From Synechocystis sp. PCC 6803 substr. PCC-P (GTDB taxonomy: Bacteria > Cyanobacteriota > Cyanobacteriia > Cyanobacteriales > Microcystaceae): a stretch of DNA of 32,000 nucleotides. The position numbers were made by a program, and so were the translations under genes. Positions 8,329 through 16,700 of the stretch are shown piece after piece. The stretch covers positions 840,001-872,000 of the forward strand of contig NC_017039.1 in NCBI RefSeq assembly GCF_000284455.1, given 5' to 3'. Position 1 is the stretch's first letter, and the number at the start of each line of letters is the position of its first letter. A model generated the notes under the pieces. It was given only the letters and a program-made list of their open reading frames with translations, was not told the origin of the DNA and made no database searches.

Positions 8329-9222
8329 ATGAGCAGTACCCAAGATTATATCGGCGAGGAAGCCGCCACCAGAGTCAAAATCCTCAGTGAAGCTTTGCCC
8401 TACATCCAACACTTTGCTGGCCGCACCGTGGTGGTCAAATATGGAGGGGCTGCCATGAAAGACAGCAACCTCAAAGACAAGGTAATCCGGGACATTGTCT
8501 TTATGGCCTCCGTTGGCATTCGCCCGGTGGTAGTCCATGGCGGAGGGCCAGAAATTAACACCTGGCTAGATAAGGTGGGCATCGAACCCCAATTTAAAGA
8601 TGGGTTACGGGTCACCGATGCGGCCACCATGGATATTGTGGAAATGGTACTGGTGGGTAGAGTCAACAAAGAATTGGTCAATTTAATTAACCAAGCCGGA
8701 GGAAAAGCCGTGGGACTTTGTGGCAAAGACGGCCAACTGATGACCGCCCGCACCATGACTAATAAAGATGTTGGTTTTGTGGGGGAGGTGAGCTCCGTTG
8801 ATGCCCGGGTGGTGGAAACCTTGGTGAAAAGCGGTTATATTCCCGTCATTTCCAGTGTGGCGGCGGATGAATTTGGCCAAGCTCACAATATCAATGCCGA
8901 CACCTGTGCTGGGGAGTTGGCCGCAGCCCTAGGGGCAGAAAAACTAATTCTCCTCACTGACACCAGGGGCATTTTGCGGGATTATAAAGACCCCTCCACC
9001 CTAATTCACAAGTTAGATATTCAACAGGCGCGGGAATTGATTGGCTCCGGCATAGTGGCGGGGGGCATGATTCCCAAGGTTACCTGTTGTGTGCGTTCCC
9101 TAGCCCAGGGAGTAAGGGCGGCCCATATTCTGGATGGCCGTTTGCCCCATGCTCTGTTGTTGGAGGTATTCACCGATCTGGGCATTGGTTCGATGATTGT
9201 GGCTTCGGGCTATGATCTCTGA
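8329..9222 (+). CDS. argB: N-acetylglutamate kinase
   Basis: 297 aa with [22 protein letters not shown] and [12 protein letters not shown], which are the amino-acid-kinase/ArgB signatures. Confidence 0.95.
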   Translation: MSSTQDYIGEEAATRVKILSEALPYIQHFAGRTVVVKYGGAAMKDSNLKDKVIRDIVFMASVGIRPVVVHGGGPEINTWLDKVGIEPQFKDGLRVTDAATMDIVEMVLVGRVNKELVNLINQAGGKAVGLCGKDGQLMTARTMTNKDVGFVGEVSSVDARVVETLVKSGYIPVISSVAADEFGQAHNINADTCAGELAAALGAEKLILLTDTRGILRDYKDPSTLIHKLDIQQARELIGSGIVAGGMIPKVTCCVRSLAQGVRAAHILDGRLPHALLLEVFTDLGIGSMIVASGYDL

Positions 9223-9271
9223 GGTGGCCAAGATTTTTTCACCCCCTTGAACAATGGATTAAGCAATCATT

Positions 9272-10003
9272 TTGGACGATAATCTTTTACCTTTGCTCTC
9301 AGGTTCTGCCCAGTTAAAACTTTTGCAATTGGTCAGCCCGACCCTGCCGGTGGGAGCCTACAACTATTCCGAAGGCTTAGAATGGTTGATAGAACGGGGA
9401 AATATTACTAATGCTGATACCTTAGGAGCGTGGATTACCCAGGAGTTATGCCGGGGGTCCATTACGGTGGACACAGCCATTATGGTTCGAGCCCATCGGC
9501 TTGCCGGCCAAATGCCCAAGACTGATATTTTACCCAGCCCCACTCTCAAACATTTATCCTATTGGAATCAATGGTTAACAGCCACTAGGGAAAGTCGGGA
9601 ATTAAGAGAGCAAAGCTTGCAAATGGGAGGTTCCCTGCGAAAACTGTTGTTGGATTTAGAGCCTACTGTGCAATCTTGGTTTGAGCCAATTCCCCCCACG
9701 GAACCCTGTAACTACGCGATCGCCTTTGGATTAGGGGCGGCTTTTTGGGGCATTGATCTCCATCAAAGTGGGTTGGGCTATCTCCACAGTTGGGCTAATA
9801 ACCTAATTTCGGCGGGGTTAAGACTGATTCCGTTGGGGCAAACCGCAGGTCAAAAATTGTTATTGCATTTAACACCCACCATTTTGCATCAATGGCAGCA
9901 AATTTTATTGCTGGGGGATGATGATTTGTACAGTTGTAGTTGGGGGTTAGCCCTAGCCAGCATGGGCCATGAAAGTCAATACACTAGATTATTCCGGAGT
10001 TAG
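9272..10003 (+). CDS. ureF: Urease accessory protein UreF
   Basis: 243 aa with LLQLVSPTLPVGAYNYSEGLEWLIE, the conserved UreF N-terminal helix. The start is a TTG at 9272 and there is no nearby ATG, so the start is uncertain. Confidence 0.85.
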   Translation: MDDNLLPLLSGSAQLKLLQLVSPTLPVGAYNYSEGLEWLIERGNITNADTLGAWITQELCRGSITVDTAIMVRAHRLAGQMPKTDILPSPTLKHLSYWNQWLTATRESRELREQSLQMGGSLRKLLLDLEPTVQSWFEPIPPTEPCNYAIAFGLGAAFWGIDLHQSGLGYLHSWANNLISAGLRLIPLGQTAGQKLLLHLTPTILHQWQQILLLGDDDLYSCSWGLALASMGHESQYTRLFRS

Positions 10004-10017
10004 CTATGGATAAGTAG

Positions 10018-10035
10018 TAGACAAATAATTGTCTA
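10018..10035. other. 18-bp near-perfect palindrome TAGACAA-ATAA-TTGTCTA
   Basis: 7-bp arms with a 4-nt spacer, 15 nt after the ureF stop and about 125 nt before the next ATG. It could be a weak AU-rich terminator hairpin or an operator. Confidence 0.3.
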
Positions 10036-10158
10036 TGCAAAGCATTGTGAGATTACATGGGGAGTTATAGCCAATTAGACCTAGATATATCCCTTTGCAC
10101 AAAGTACCGGCTCCTATGTAATGCTGGTGATAGCCTAATTAGTCTATTACCTCATCCT

Positions 10159-10800
10159 ATGACTGCTACTGTTACAGCCCAAGAAGCCTTCCGAGCCGCC
10201 TATGAAAACCGCTACACCTGGGACGAAAATTTTCCCGGTTATCGGGCCCATCTCACCGTCACCCAAGGGGATGAACGCTACGAAGGGGAAGTGGAGGTGA
10301 AGGCGGACTACACTGTCACCGTGACTGGTTTTAGTGACGAGACGGTACAGGAAAGCGTTTATAACCAAATGCGGGACATTGTTACCCACCGCAAACAAGG
10401 GAATTTTGAAAAGTCCCACGGCAAAAATGAGTTTAGCTTTGGGGAAACCGATGCTTCCGGGGCGATCGCCATTGATGTGAAGGGAGATGCCATGGGGTCG
10501 AACTATAAAATCCGGGGCACGGAAATTTGTCAGGTCAGTCGGGTGATGGGGCCGGTGGCTTTCACCATCAACACCGAAGAAAGTTTGGATACTGGTTCCG
10601 GCTACATTGCCATCAAATATAATGCCATTTTTAAAGACCCTAAAACTGATACCCTCAAAGGCAAACGGGACTTCACCGAAACCTATGGGGAATTGGGGGG
10701 CTATTACCTACCCACTCAACAAACCGTAGAGGCGATCGCCGCTGGGGGAGAAAAAATCTTCACCGATTTTAGCTTCACTAATCTAGAACTTTTGGCATAG
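10159..10800 (+). CDS. Conserved cyanobacterial hypothetical protein (I believe the DUF3386 family; unverified)
   Basis: 213 aa from the ATG at 10159 (MTATVTAQEAFRAAYENRYTWDENFPGY). The upstream ATG at 10057 would add 34 Cys/Leu-rich residues of non-host character. The stop is 11 nt before the ABC ATPase start. Confidence 0.7.
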   Translation: MTATVTAQEAFRAAYENRYTWDENFPGYRAHLTVTQGDERYEGEVEVKADYTVTVTGFSDETVQESVYNQMRDIVTHRKQGNFEKSHGKNEFSFGETDASGAIAIDVKGDAMGSNYKIRGTEICQVSRVMGPVAFTINTEESLDTGSGYIAIKYNAIFKDPKTDTLKGKRDFTETYGELGGYYLPTQQTVEAIAAGGEKIFTDFSFTNLELLA

Positions 10801-10811
10801 GTGACGACGTT

Positions 10812-11840
10812 TTGTCTAGCTTAGTAACTCCATTGGGATCAACTTCTGCCCCCACCATTGTGGTGGAAAATTTGAGCAAGGTTTATCCCATTGCCCTCAA
10901 ATCCCCTGGTCTGAAGGGAACATTGCAACATTTTTGGCAGAGACGTTACCGCCAAATTTTGGCAGTGCAAGATATCTCCTTTACCATTCCCCCTGGGGCG
11001 ATGGTGGGCTTCCTCGGTGCCAATGGAGCCGGCAAAACCACCACATTGAAGATGCTCACGGGGCTAATTAAACCCTCGGGGGGAAAAGTGCGGGTGGCGG
11101 GCTTTGATCCCTTCCGTCGGCAGACAGCTTTTTTAAGGCGCACTAGTTTAGTAATGGGGCAAAAACAACAGTTAATCTGGGATTTGCCCACCCTGGATTC
11201 CCTGCGCATCAATGGGGCGATTTACGAAATTCCCGACCAAGTCTTTGAACAACGGCTGGGAGAATTGAGCGAAATGCTCGATTTAACCACAGAATTAAAA
11301 CAACCGGTGCGTAAACTTTCCCTGGGGCAAAGGATGAAGGCGGAATTGTTAGCCGCTCTGCTCCACCACCCCACCGTTTTATTTTTGGATGAACCCACCT
11401 TGGGACTGGATGTTAATGCCCAAGTGGCGGTGCGGCGGTTTTTGCAGGAGTACAATCGGCGTTACCAAGCCACAGTGTTATTGACTAGTCATTACATGGC
11501 AGATATCACCACCCTTTGTGAGCGAGTGCTATTGATTCACCAAGGACAGTTGATGTATGACGGTGATCTGGAAGCTCTGGTGGAACGATTTTCCCCTTAC
11601 CGACAAGTGGCGGTGGAATTATCTGCCCCCATACCTTTGGAAAAATTACAGCTCTATGGCGAAGTGGAGAGTGTGGAGGGTCTACTGGTGCGCTTTTTGC
11701 TAAAACGGGAAAGCCTCACCACGGCGATCGCCAAACTGTTAGCGGAGTTGCCAGTATCGGATTTAAGCGTATCTGACCCCCCCATTGAAGAAATCATTGG
11801 CCGTCTATTTTCCCAGGGCAATTTGGATAATAAACTTTGA
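10812..11840 (+). CDS. ABC transporter ATP-binding protein (uncharacterised ABC-2/COG4586-like type)
   Basis: Walker A GANGAGKTT, Q-loop MGQKQQ, signature LSLGQRMK, Walker B VLFLDEPTLGLD and H-loop TSHYM. There is a TTG start at 10812 and no ATG upstream of the Walker A. Confidence 0.88.
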   Translation: MSSLVTPLGSTSAPTIVVENLSKVYPIALKSPGLKGTLQHFWQRRYRQILAVQDISFTIPPGAMVGFLGANGAGKTTTLKMLTGLIKPSGGKVRVAGFDPFRRQTAFLRRTSLVMGQKQQLIWDLPTLDSLRINGAIYEIPDQVFEQRLGELSEMLDLTTELKQPVRKLSLGQRMKAELLAALLHHPTVLFLDEPTLGLDVNAQVAVRRFLQEYNRRYQATVLLTSHYMADITTLCERVLLIHQGQLMYDGDLEALVERFSPYRQVAVELSAPIPLEKLQLYGEVESVEGLLVRFLLKRESLTTAIAKLLAELPVSDLSVSDPPIEEIIGRLFSQGNLDNKL

Positions 11841-11907
11841 TCGGTGTTAGAGAGAGTTACACAATTTCTCGGACTATTCCAAGTGGGGAGGAAAATTAGA
11901 GACCGGA

Positions 11908-11931
11908 GAGAGCTTCAAATAGATAATGATA
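11908..11931. repeat. Left terminal inverted repeat of the IS1-family element
   Basis: GAGAGCTTCAAATAGATAATGATA compared with the reverse complement of 12686-12709, GAGAGTTTCAAGAGAGTAATGAGA. Positions 1-5, 7-11, 17-22 and 24 match. Confidence 0.6.
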
Positions 11932-11971
11932 TGGCATGATAGAAAATATTGGGTAATGAGATTTTGCAAAG

Positions 11972-12397
11972 ATGTCTACACACTGTCACTGTCCTCAATG
12001 TGGTCATGGGAATGTTGTCAAAAATGGCTTTGTCAAGGATAAGCAACGATTCAAGTGTAAGAGTTGCCAATATCAATTCACCAATCTCTCCAAGGAAAGA
12101 GGTAAACCTCTCTGGATGAAACTAGAAGCGGTCTTACTGTACATGAGTGGTATGTCAATGAATGCCACAGCAAAACTCTTGGGAGTTTCCACTCAGTCAG
12201 TGCTCAACTGGATTAGGGATTTTGGCGAAGCAAACTACGAGAAACCGGCTCCAGACTCAGCAATCGTAGTGGAATTAGACGAACTGTGGCATTTTCTCCA
12301 GGCAAAAAAAACAAGTTATGGCTCTGGAAAGCATATGACCGTGTTACTGGGAGACTCATCGACTGGGAACTGGGAAATCGTGATAGTCAAACCCTAA
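11972..12397 (+). CDS. insA: IS1-family transposase orfA (InsA-like zinc-finger/HTH protein)
   Basis: Starts MSTHCHCPQCGHGNVVKNGFVKDKQRFKCKSCQYQF (CxxC...CxxC finger), followed by an HTH (ATAKLLGVSTQSVLNWI), as in IS1 InsA. Confidence 0.85.
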   Translation: MSTHCHCPQCGHGNVVKNGFVKDKQRFKCKSCQYQFTNLSKERGKPLWMKLEAVLLYMSGMSMNATAKLLGVSTQSVLNWIRDFGEANYEKPAPDSAIVVELDELWHFLQAKKTSYGSGKHMTVLLGDSSTGNWEIVIVKP

Positions 12398-12702
12398 GTC
12401 GTTTGCTAGAGAGACTGGCAAAGTGGAAAGTGACAGTGTACTGCACCGATGACTGGAGGCCCTATCAACAACTGCTGGATGAACATCCCGATGCGTTTCA
12501 TGGGATTAGCAAAAGAGAAACAGTAGGAATTGAGAGAAACAACTCAGATAACCGCCATTGGTTTGCTAGATTTCATCGCCGCATGAAAGTTGTCTCCAGG
12601 TCAGCCCACATGATTGATATCACCATGGCAATATTTGCCAAATTCAGGGTCAATGGTAACACAGAACCACTGCGGGACTGGCGCCTCTCATTACTCTCTT
12701 GA
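12286..12702 (+). CDS. insB: IS1-family transposase orfB (catalytic InsB part, expressed as an InsAB' fusion)
   Basis: KLWLWKAYDRVTGRLIDWELGNRD and VYCTDDWRPYQQLL align in pattern with IS1 InsB (WLFYAYDR...MTDGWPLY). The stop at 12700-12702 lies inside the right IR. Confidence 0.85.
   Translation: MAFSPGKKNKLWLWKAYDRVTGRLIDWELGNRDSQTLSRLLERLAKWKVTVYCTDDWRPYQQLLDEHPDAFHGISKRETVGIERNNSDNRHWFARFHRRMKVVSRSAHMIDITMAIFAKFRVNGNTEPLRDWRLSLLS
12304..12311 (+). promoter_or_regulatory. Programmed -1 ribosomal frameshift site (A8 run, A AAA AAA C)
   Basis: The zero frame reads CAG GCA AAA AAA ACA (QAKKT). The -1 frame continues AAC AAG TTA TGG (NKLWLWKAYDR), the conserved IS1 InsB entry. orfA is in frame 2 and orfB in frame 1, which is a -1 shift. 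Confidence 0.75.
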
Positions 12703-12709
12703 AACTCTC
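12686..12709. repeat. Right terminal inverted repeat of the IS1-family element
   Basis: See the left IR entry. Seven bp (AACCATA) separate it from the next IS. Confidence 0.6.
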
Positions 12710-12716
12710 AACCATA

Positions 12717-12733
12717 GAGCCCATTTATAAAGT
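12717..12733. repeat. Terminal inverted repeat of the IS5-family element (orfB-proximal end)
   Basis: GAGCCCATTTATAAAGT compared with the reverse complement of 13608-13624, GAGCTCATTTATAAAGT. Confidence 0.8.
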
Positions 12734-13153
12734 GGTAGAAGTAGCAGAAAGACGACGCAACATAATGCGAGTCATCACGGCATAAATAGCCGCTTCGCTC
12801 ATTTCTGGTAGATGCTCATAATCCTTACTCAAACGACGATACCAGTTCAACCAACCGAACGTCCTCTCGACAATCCATCTTTTTGGTAAGACCTCAAAAG
12901 ACTTCCCTGAACGACTAATCACCTGGACTTTGGCTTGAATTAAGAGCCAGATGGCTAACCCAAAGGTATCACCTCGATAACCCTGGTCTACTAACATGCT
13001 CTTGACAGACTCGAGGAGTTGAGTTCCTTCTTCAAGCAAACTCATCAGAGCATAAGCTGTGACGATGCGTTCACTTGCATTTGCTTCGGTCACTATCACT
13101 TTTAAGACTAAGCCCAGACTATCGACGATTAGATGACGCTTTCGTCCTTTCAC
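12725..13153 (-). CDS. IS5-family transposase orfB (DDE catalytic part, reached by a -1 frameshift)
   Basis: KGRKRHLIVDSLGL, LVDQGYRG and IVERTFGWLNWYRRLSKDYE are typical IS5/IS427 DDE_Tnp_1 motifs. The stop lies inside the IR. Confidence 0.88.
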   Translation of the reverse strand: MKGRKRHLIVDSLGLVLKVIVTEANASERIVTAYALMSLLEEGTQLLESVKSMLVDQGYRGDTFGLAIWLLIQAKVQVISRSGKSFEVLPKRWIVERTFGWLNWYRRLSKDYEHLPEMSEAAIYAVMTRIMLRRLSATSTTL

Positions 13154-13536
13154 CTTCTTACCTCCGTCAAAACCGTAGACTTCCCCCTTTTTTCGGTGGT
13201 TTTTACCGATTGACTATCTGCCGCTATCACGCTGGGCTCAAGGCTCTTGCCACTCTGGAGGCGGCATTGCTCCAACAGCCTTAGATTGAGCCTTTCCCAC
13301 ACGCCATGACGTTGCCATTTACGGTAATAGCTATAGACCGTGCTACTAGGAGGAAAGTCATGGGGTAACATTGCCCATTGACAACCCGTTTTTAGTTGGT
13401 AGTAAATACCATTACAAACCGCTCGCATATCTGTGGTTCGTGGGTGTCCTCCGGGCTTTGCGGGAGGAATCATTGGTTCAAGTATTGCCCATTCTGCATC
13501 GCTCAGGTCTGTTTCATAGGCTGTCAGACTTTTCAT
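13150..13536 (-). CDS. IS5-family transposase orfA (N-terminal DNA-binding part)
   Basis: DLSDAEWAILEPMIPPAKPGGHPRTTDMRAVCNGIYYQLKTGCQWAMLP is the characteristic IS5-family N-terminal (DUF4096-type) domain. Confidence 0.88.
   Translation of the reverse strand: MKSLTAYETDLSDAEWAILEPMIPPAKPGGHPRTTDMRAVCNGIYYQLKTGCQWAMLPHDFPPSSTVYSYYRKWQRHGVWERLNLRLLEQCRLQSGKSLEPSVIAADSQSVKTTEKRGKSTVLTEVRR
13183..13193 (-). promoter_or_regulatory. Programmed -1 frameshift site AAAAAAGGGGG
   Basis: On the minus strand the zero frame reads ACC ACC GAA AAA AGG GGG AAG (TTEKRGK). The -1 frame reads AAG GGG GAA GTC TAC GGT TTT GAC GGA GGT AAG AAG GTG AAA GGA CGA AAG CGT CAT (KGEVYGFDGGKKVKGRKRH), joining orfA to orfB. 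Confidence 0.75.
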
Positions 13537-13607
13537 GCTCTTTGTCTCCTTCTGCTCTTACTCTTAGTTTTCCTTTTTTTCTTCTCCTACTTGCTATCCA
13601 TTACAAG

Positions 13608-13624
13608 ACTTTATAAATGAGCTC
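13608..13624. repeat. Terminal inverted repeat of the IS5-family element (orfA-proximal end)
   Basis: ACTTTATAAATGAGCTC. See the partner repeat at 12717-12733. Confidence 0.8.
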
Positions 13625-13751
13625 ATAGCAGCCCGCAAAAAAAATAATCCCCGCCCGGAGAAGGGAAGGGATACTGACTAGCTAGAAATATCTAGAAATA
13701 TAAAAATAGGGATGCTGAACGTCCGCAAGCTCGGGGCATAGGAGATTACCC

Positions 13752-16700
13752 TTAATCCTCATCATCCCCAAAATCGTCATCGTCATCCATATCGAAATCA
13801 TCCTCATCGGTGTCGTAGGTTTCTTCAAACTCTTCGTCATCCTGACTGAGTTGAGTGCCGGCATAGGCCCGGGCCCTAGTGTCGTCCAAAAGGTCGTCAT
13901 CGGCTTCAACTTTTTTAGTTTTCACCTTGGTGGCGCTAGCCTTTTTCTTCGTCGTTGGTAATTCAATTGGCTCAATCATATAGCCTTGAATATCGTCCTG
14001 GGTTTCAATCAATCCCAACACTTCCTCATGGCTACTGAAGCCAGTACCCGCAGGAATAAGACGACCAATGATCACGTTCTCCTTCAGGCCCCGTAACCAA
14101 TCGGACTTGCCTTCGATTGCCGCTTCGGTAAGCACCCGAGTGGTTTCTTGGAAGGAAGCCGCACTGATGAAACTATCGGTATTCAAAGAAGCTTTGGTGA
14201 TACCAAGCAATACAGGAGTATAGCGGGCCGGAGCACTACCAGTGATGCCCATGGCTTCATTAACCTGTTCCACTTGGCGTAATTCCACCAATTCCCCTGG
14301 GAGCATGGTGGTGTCTCCCCCATCATCAATGCGGACTTTGGCGGTCATCTGCCGCACAATTACCTCAATGTGTTTGTCAGAAATATCCACCCCTTGGGAT
14401 TGATAAACCGTTTGCACTTCATTGACGAGGAATTTTTGCGCCGCTTGCAGTCCTCTCAGGGCCGCTTGGTAACAACCGTCCTTGTCCACGTAGTAGCTGA
14501 AGAACACATCCAAAATTTCGTGGGGATTGTTGTAGCCATCGGTGAGGGCGTGGCCTACGTCAATGCGTTGTCCGTCGGTGACCATGGCGTTTTGTCCCGG
14601 TAACAGGGGATATTCGCTCACGGTGCCGTCGTCTTCCACCACTTTGATGTCGACACTCTCATCTTCCAGGTATTCCACCTGACAGACCCCAGGGGCCCGG
14701 GCCAGGACGCAGGCTTCTTTAGGTTTACGGGCTTCCAACAGTTCTTCAATCCGGGGTAAACCCTGGACGATATCCCCGGTTTTAGCCCGCTCAAACACCA
14801 GCAGCACGAGGTTATCCCCCCGTTGCACCAGGTCGCCGTCTTCGATGTGGAGCACTGCCCCAGGGGAAACCCGATAGGGTCGGGCTCGGCGTAACACTAA
14901 CTGATAGTTGTCCCCTTTGCCGTTGATTTCCAGGACTTTGCCGGACTCCTCCAGTTTGACCCCGGGCACCAATTCCTGCCCTGCCACCAAGAGTTGTCCT
15001 GGTTTGACTTCCGGGGCACTTGGCAGATCCACCACCAGGCGATCTGCTGCCCGTTCCAGTAACACCCGGCGGATGGATTCCTGTCCTTCCTTGATACCCC
15101 GCACAGTGCCCGCTTCCTTACATTGAATTTCGGTACGAGCCACCACCGCTCCGGGGGGAATTTGGTCGCCATCTTGCACCAGTAAGCGGGTTTTGGAGGC
15201 TCCGCCGAGGGGATCGGATTCCTGGTCCCGGCGTAGTACCAAAGATTCTAAAATCACCAACTGTAAGCGCTGGCAATCTTCCTCTTCGTCGTCCTGGAGT
15301 TCAATATCGGCGGAAAGGTGGGAAATACCTTCGTTACCACTGCCATAAATTTCCAACACCAATTGGGTGCTGAGCAGGGGGGCCCCTTCGACGGATTTAA
15401 CCCGATCGCCGTCTTTATAGAATAGACGTTGCACTGAGCGCAATTCAATCTGGCGGCCCCCTTCTTCGTTTTGGGAACCCTGGGAGGGGGCGGCGGGCTC
15501 ATCAAATACTTTGTACTCTTCCACGGGGCGTAGCAGCAAACCATTGCCTTCGGGACTTTCAATCCATTCGGCCTGGCTGAGGGTGCTAACGGTAACACCG
15601 GGGAAAACATCCTGCCCTGGTTGCAGCAACTGGCCGCTTTCAATTTTCACCGAACCGGGGTCCACATCTTGGTAGAAGTCACCGGGTTTGATAATAATTT
15701 CCCGCAGAATATCGTTTTTCTGCACCACTTCAACGATGCCGCTGGATTGGCAGAAAATGTCCTTGACCACTTCCGTGCCCGCTTCCACATACTGGCCATC
15801 TTCCACAATTAACAGGGAAATATCTTTGTTAATTTCGTGGGTTTCTTCGGGAATCCAGAGCAGGGTACCCCCTTTAGTGACTTCATAGCCTTGTTTGCGG
15901 CCGCCCTTAGCCACTTCCACGCCGGCATAGCGAATCATGCCCCCGGTGGTGGTACGGTAACGGTCGTCGATTAATTCCGCCACAATGCTGTGGTTCTGCA
16001 CTTTGGTACCGGGAGCGGCTTTGAGCAGGAAGCGTTGCTTATCGGCCGTGTAGATAACGTATTGTTCCCGGCCGCCACTACTTTCCAGCTTGACCTGGGC
16101 TTGATCTAACAGCACAGAGGCGGTGATGATTTCAATTTCCCGGTTACTCACAAGGCGCACCACCCCACCGTCGTTGGTGACCAGCTTGGTTTCGGCCATG
16201 ATGCTGCCTACTTCCACCTGCTCGTCATTTTTCACCACGGGTTCTGCCCCAGGCGGTAAGTTATATACTTCCCCGGAAAGGATCCAGACTAGACCACCCC
16301 GTTGGGCGATGCGGGTGGTGTTCCCCTGACGGTCAGTTTTTTCCTCCGGCACCAGGCGATCGAACAGCACTTCTCCGGCCAGATCCCCAGCTACGTCCTT
16401 GGTGGCCCGCTCCGTGGAACGTTGGGTTTTGGAGAGGGAAATTTCCGTCATCAACTGCCCCGCTGTCACCGTCTGTCCATCCTGCACAAACAGTAGGGAA
16501 CCGGGGGTGAGGGAGTAGGTTTGGGTGGCAGCTTTTTTGCCTTCCCCTTTCCAGATTAAATCCCCGGCAATTTCCACCTGCTCCGCATCTTCCCCGTGGC
16601 GGGTACGGACTTTACGGGTGCTTAAACCTTTACCCCATTTGACGGTGCCGTCTTCGGGCGCTTTCTCTTGGCGGGCCACTTCCCCGGTGAATACCCCCCC

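Larger units (their letters stand above)
11908..12709 (+). mobile_element. IS1-family insertion sequence, 802 bp, apparently intact (resembles the element I remember as ISY120)
   Basis: Bounded by imperfect 24-bp inverted repeats (17/24 matching). It contains InsA-like and InsB-like ORFs linked by an A8 slippery run. GC content is lower than the flanks and it has no HIP1. Confidence 0.8.
12717..13624 (-). mobile_element. IS5-family (IS427/IS1031-like) insertion sequence, 908 bp, apparently intact (resembles the element I remember as ISY802)
   Basis: 17-bp terminal inverted repeats with 16/17 identity. ATA is present on both flanks (12714-12716 and 13625-13627). Two overlapping transposase ORFs are joined by an A6G5 slippery site. 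Confidence 0.85.

Noticed and set aside
11952-11960. GGTAATGAG (IS1-like terminus motif) as the true left end of the IS1-family element
   Set aside because: It matches the right end over only 9 bp. It would also place the right boundary inside orfB and give a much shorter element. The outer 24-bp repeats (11908 and 12709) give a better and longer pairing.
13682-13909. 75-aa ORF overlapping the acidic tail of rpoC2
   Set aside because: It is an alternate frame of the GAT/GAC/GAA-rich tail. Its Met/Thr/Ile-rich sequence is an artefact of the repeat.
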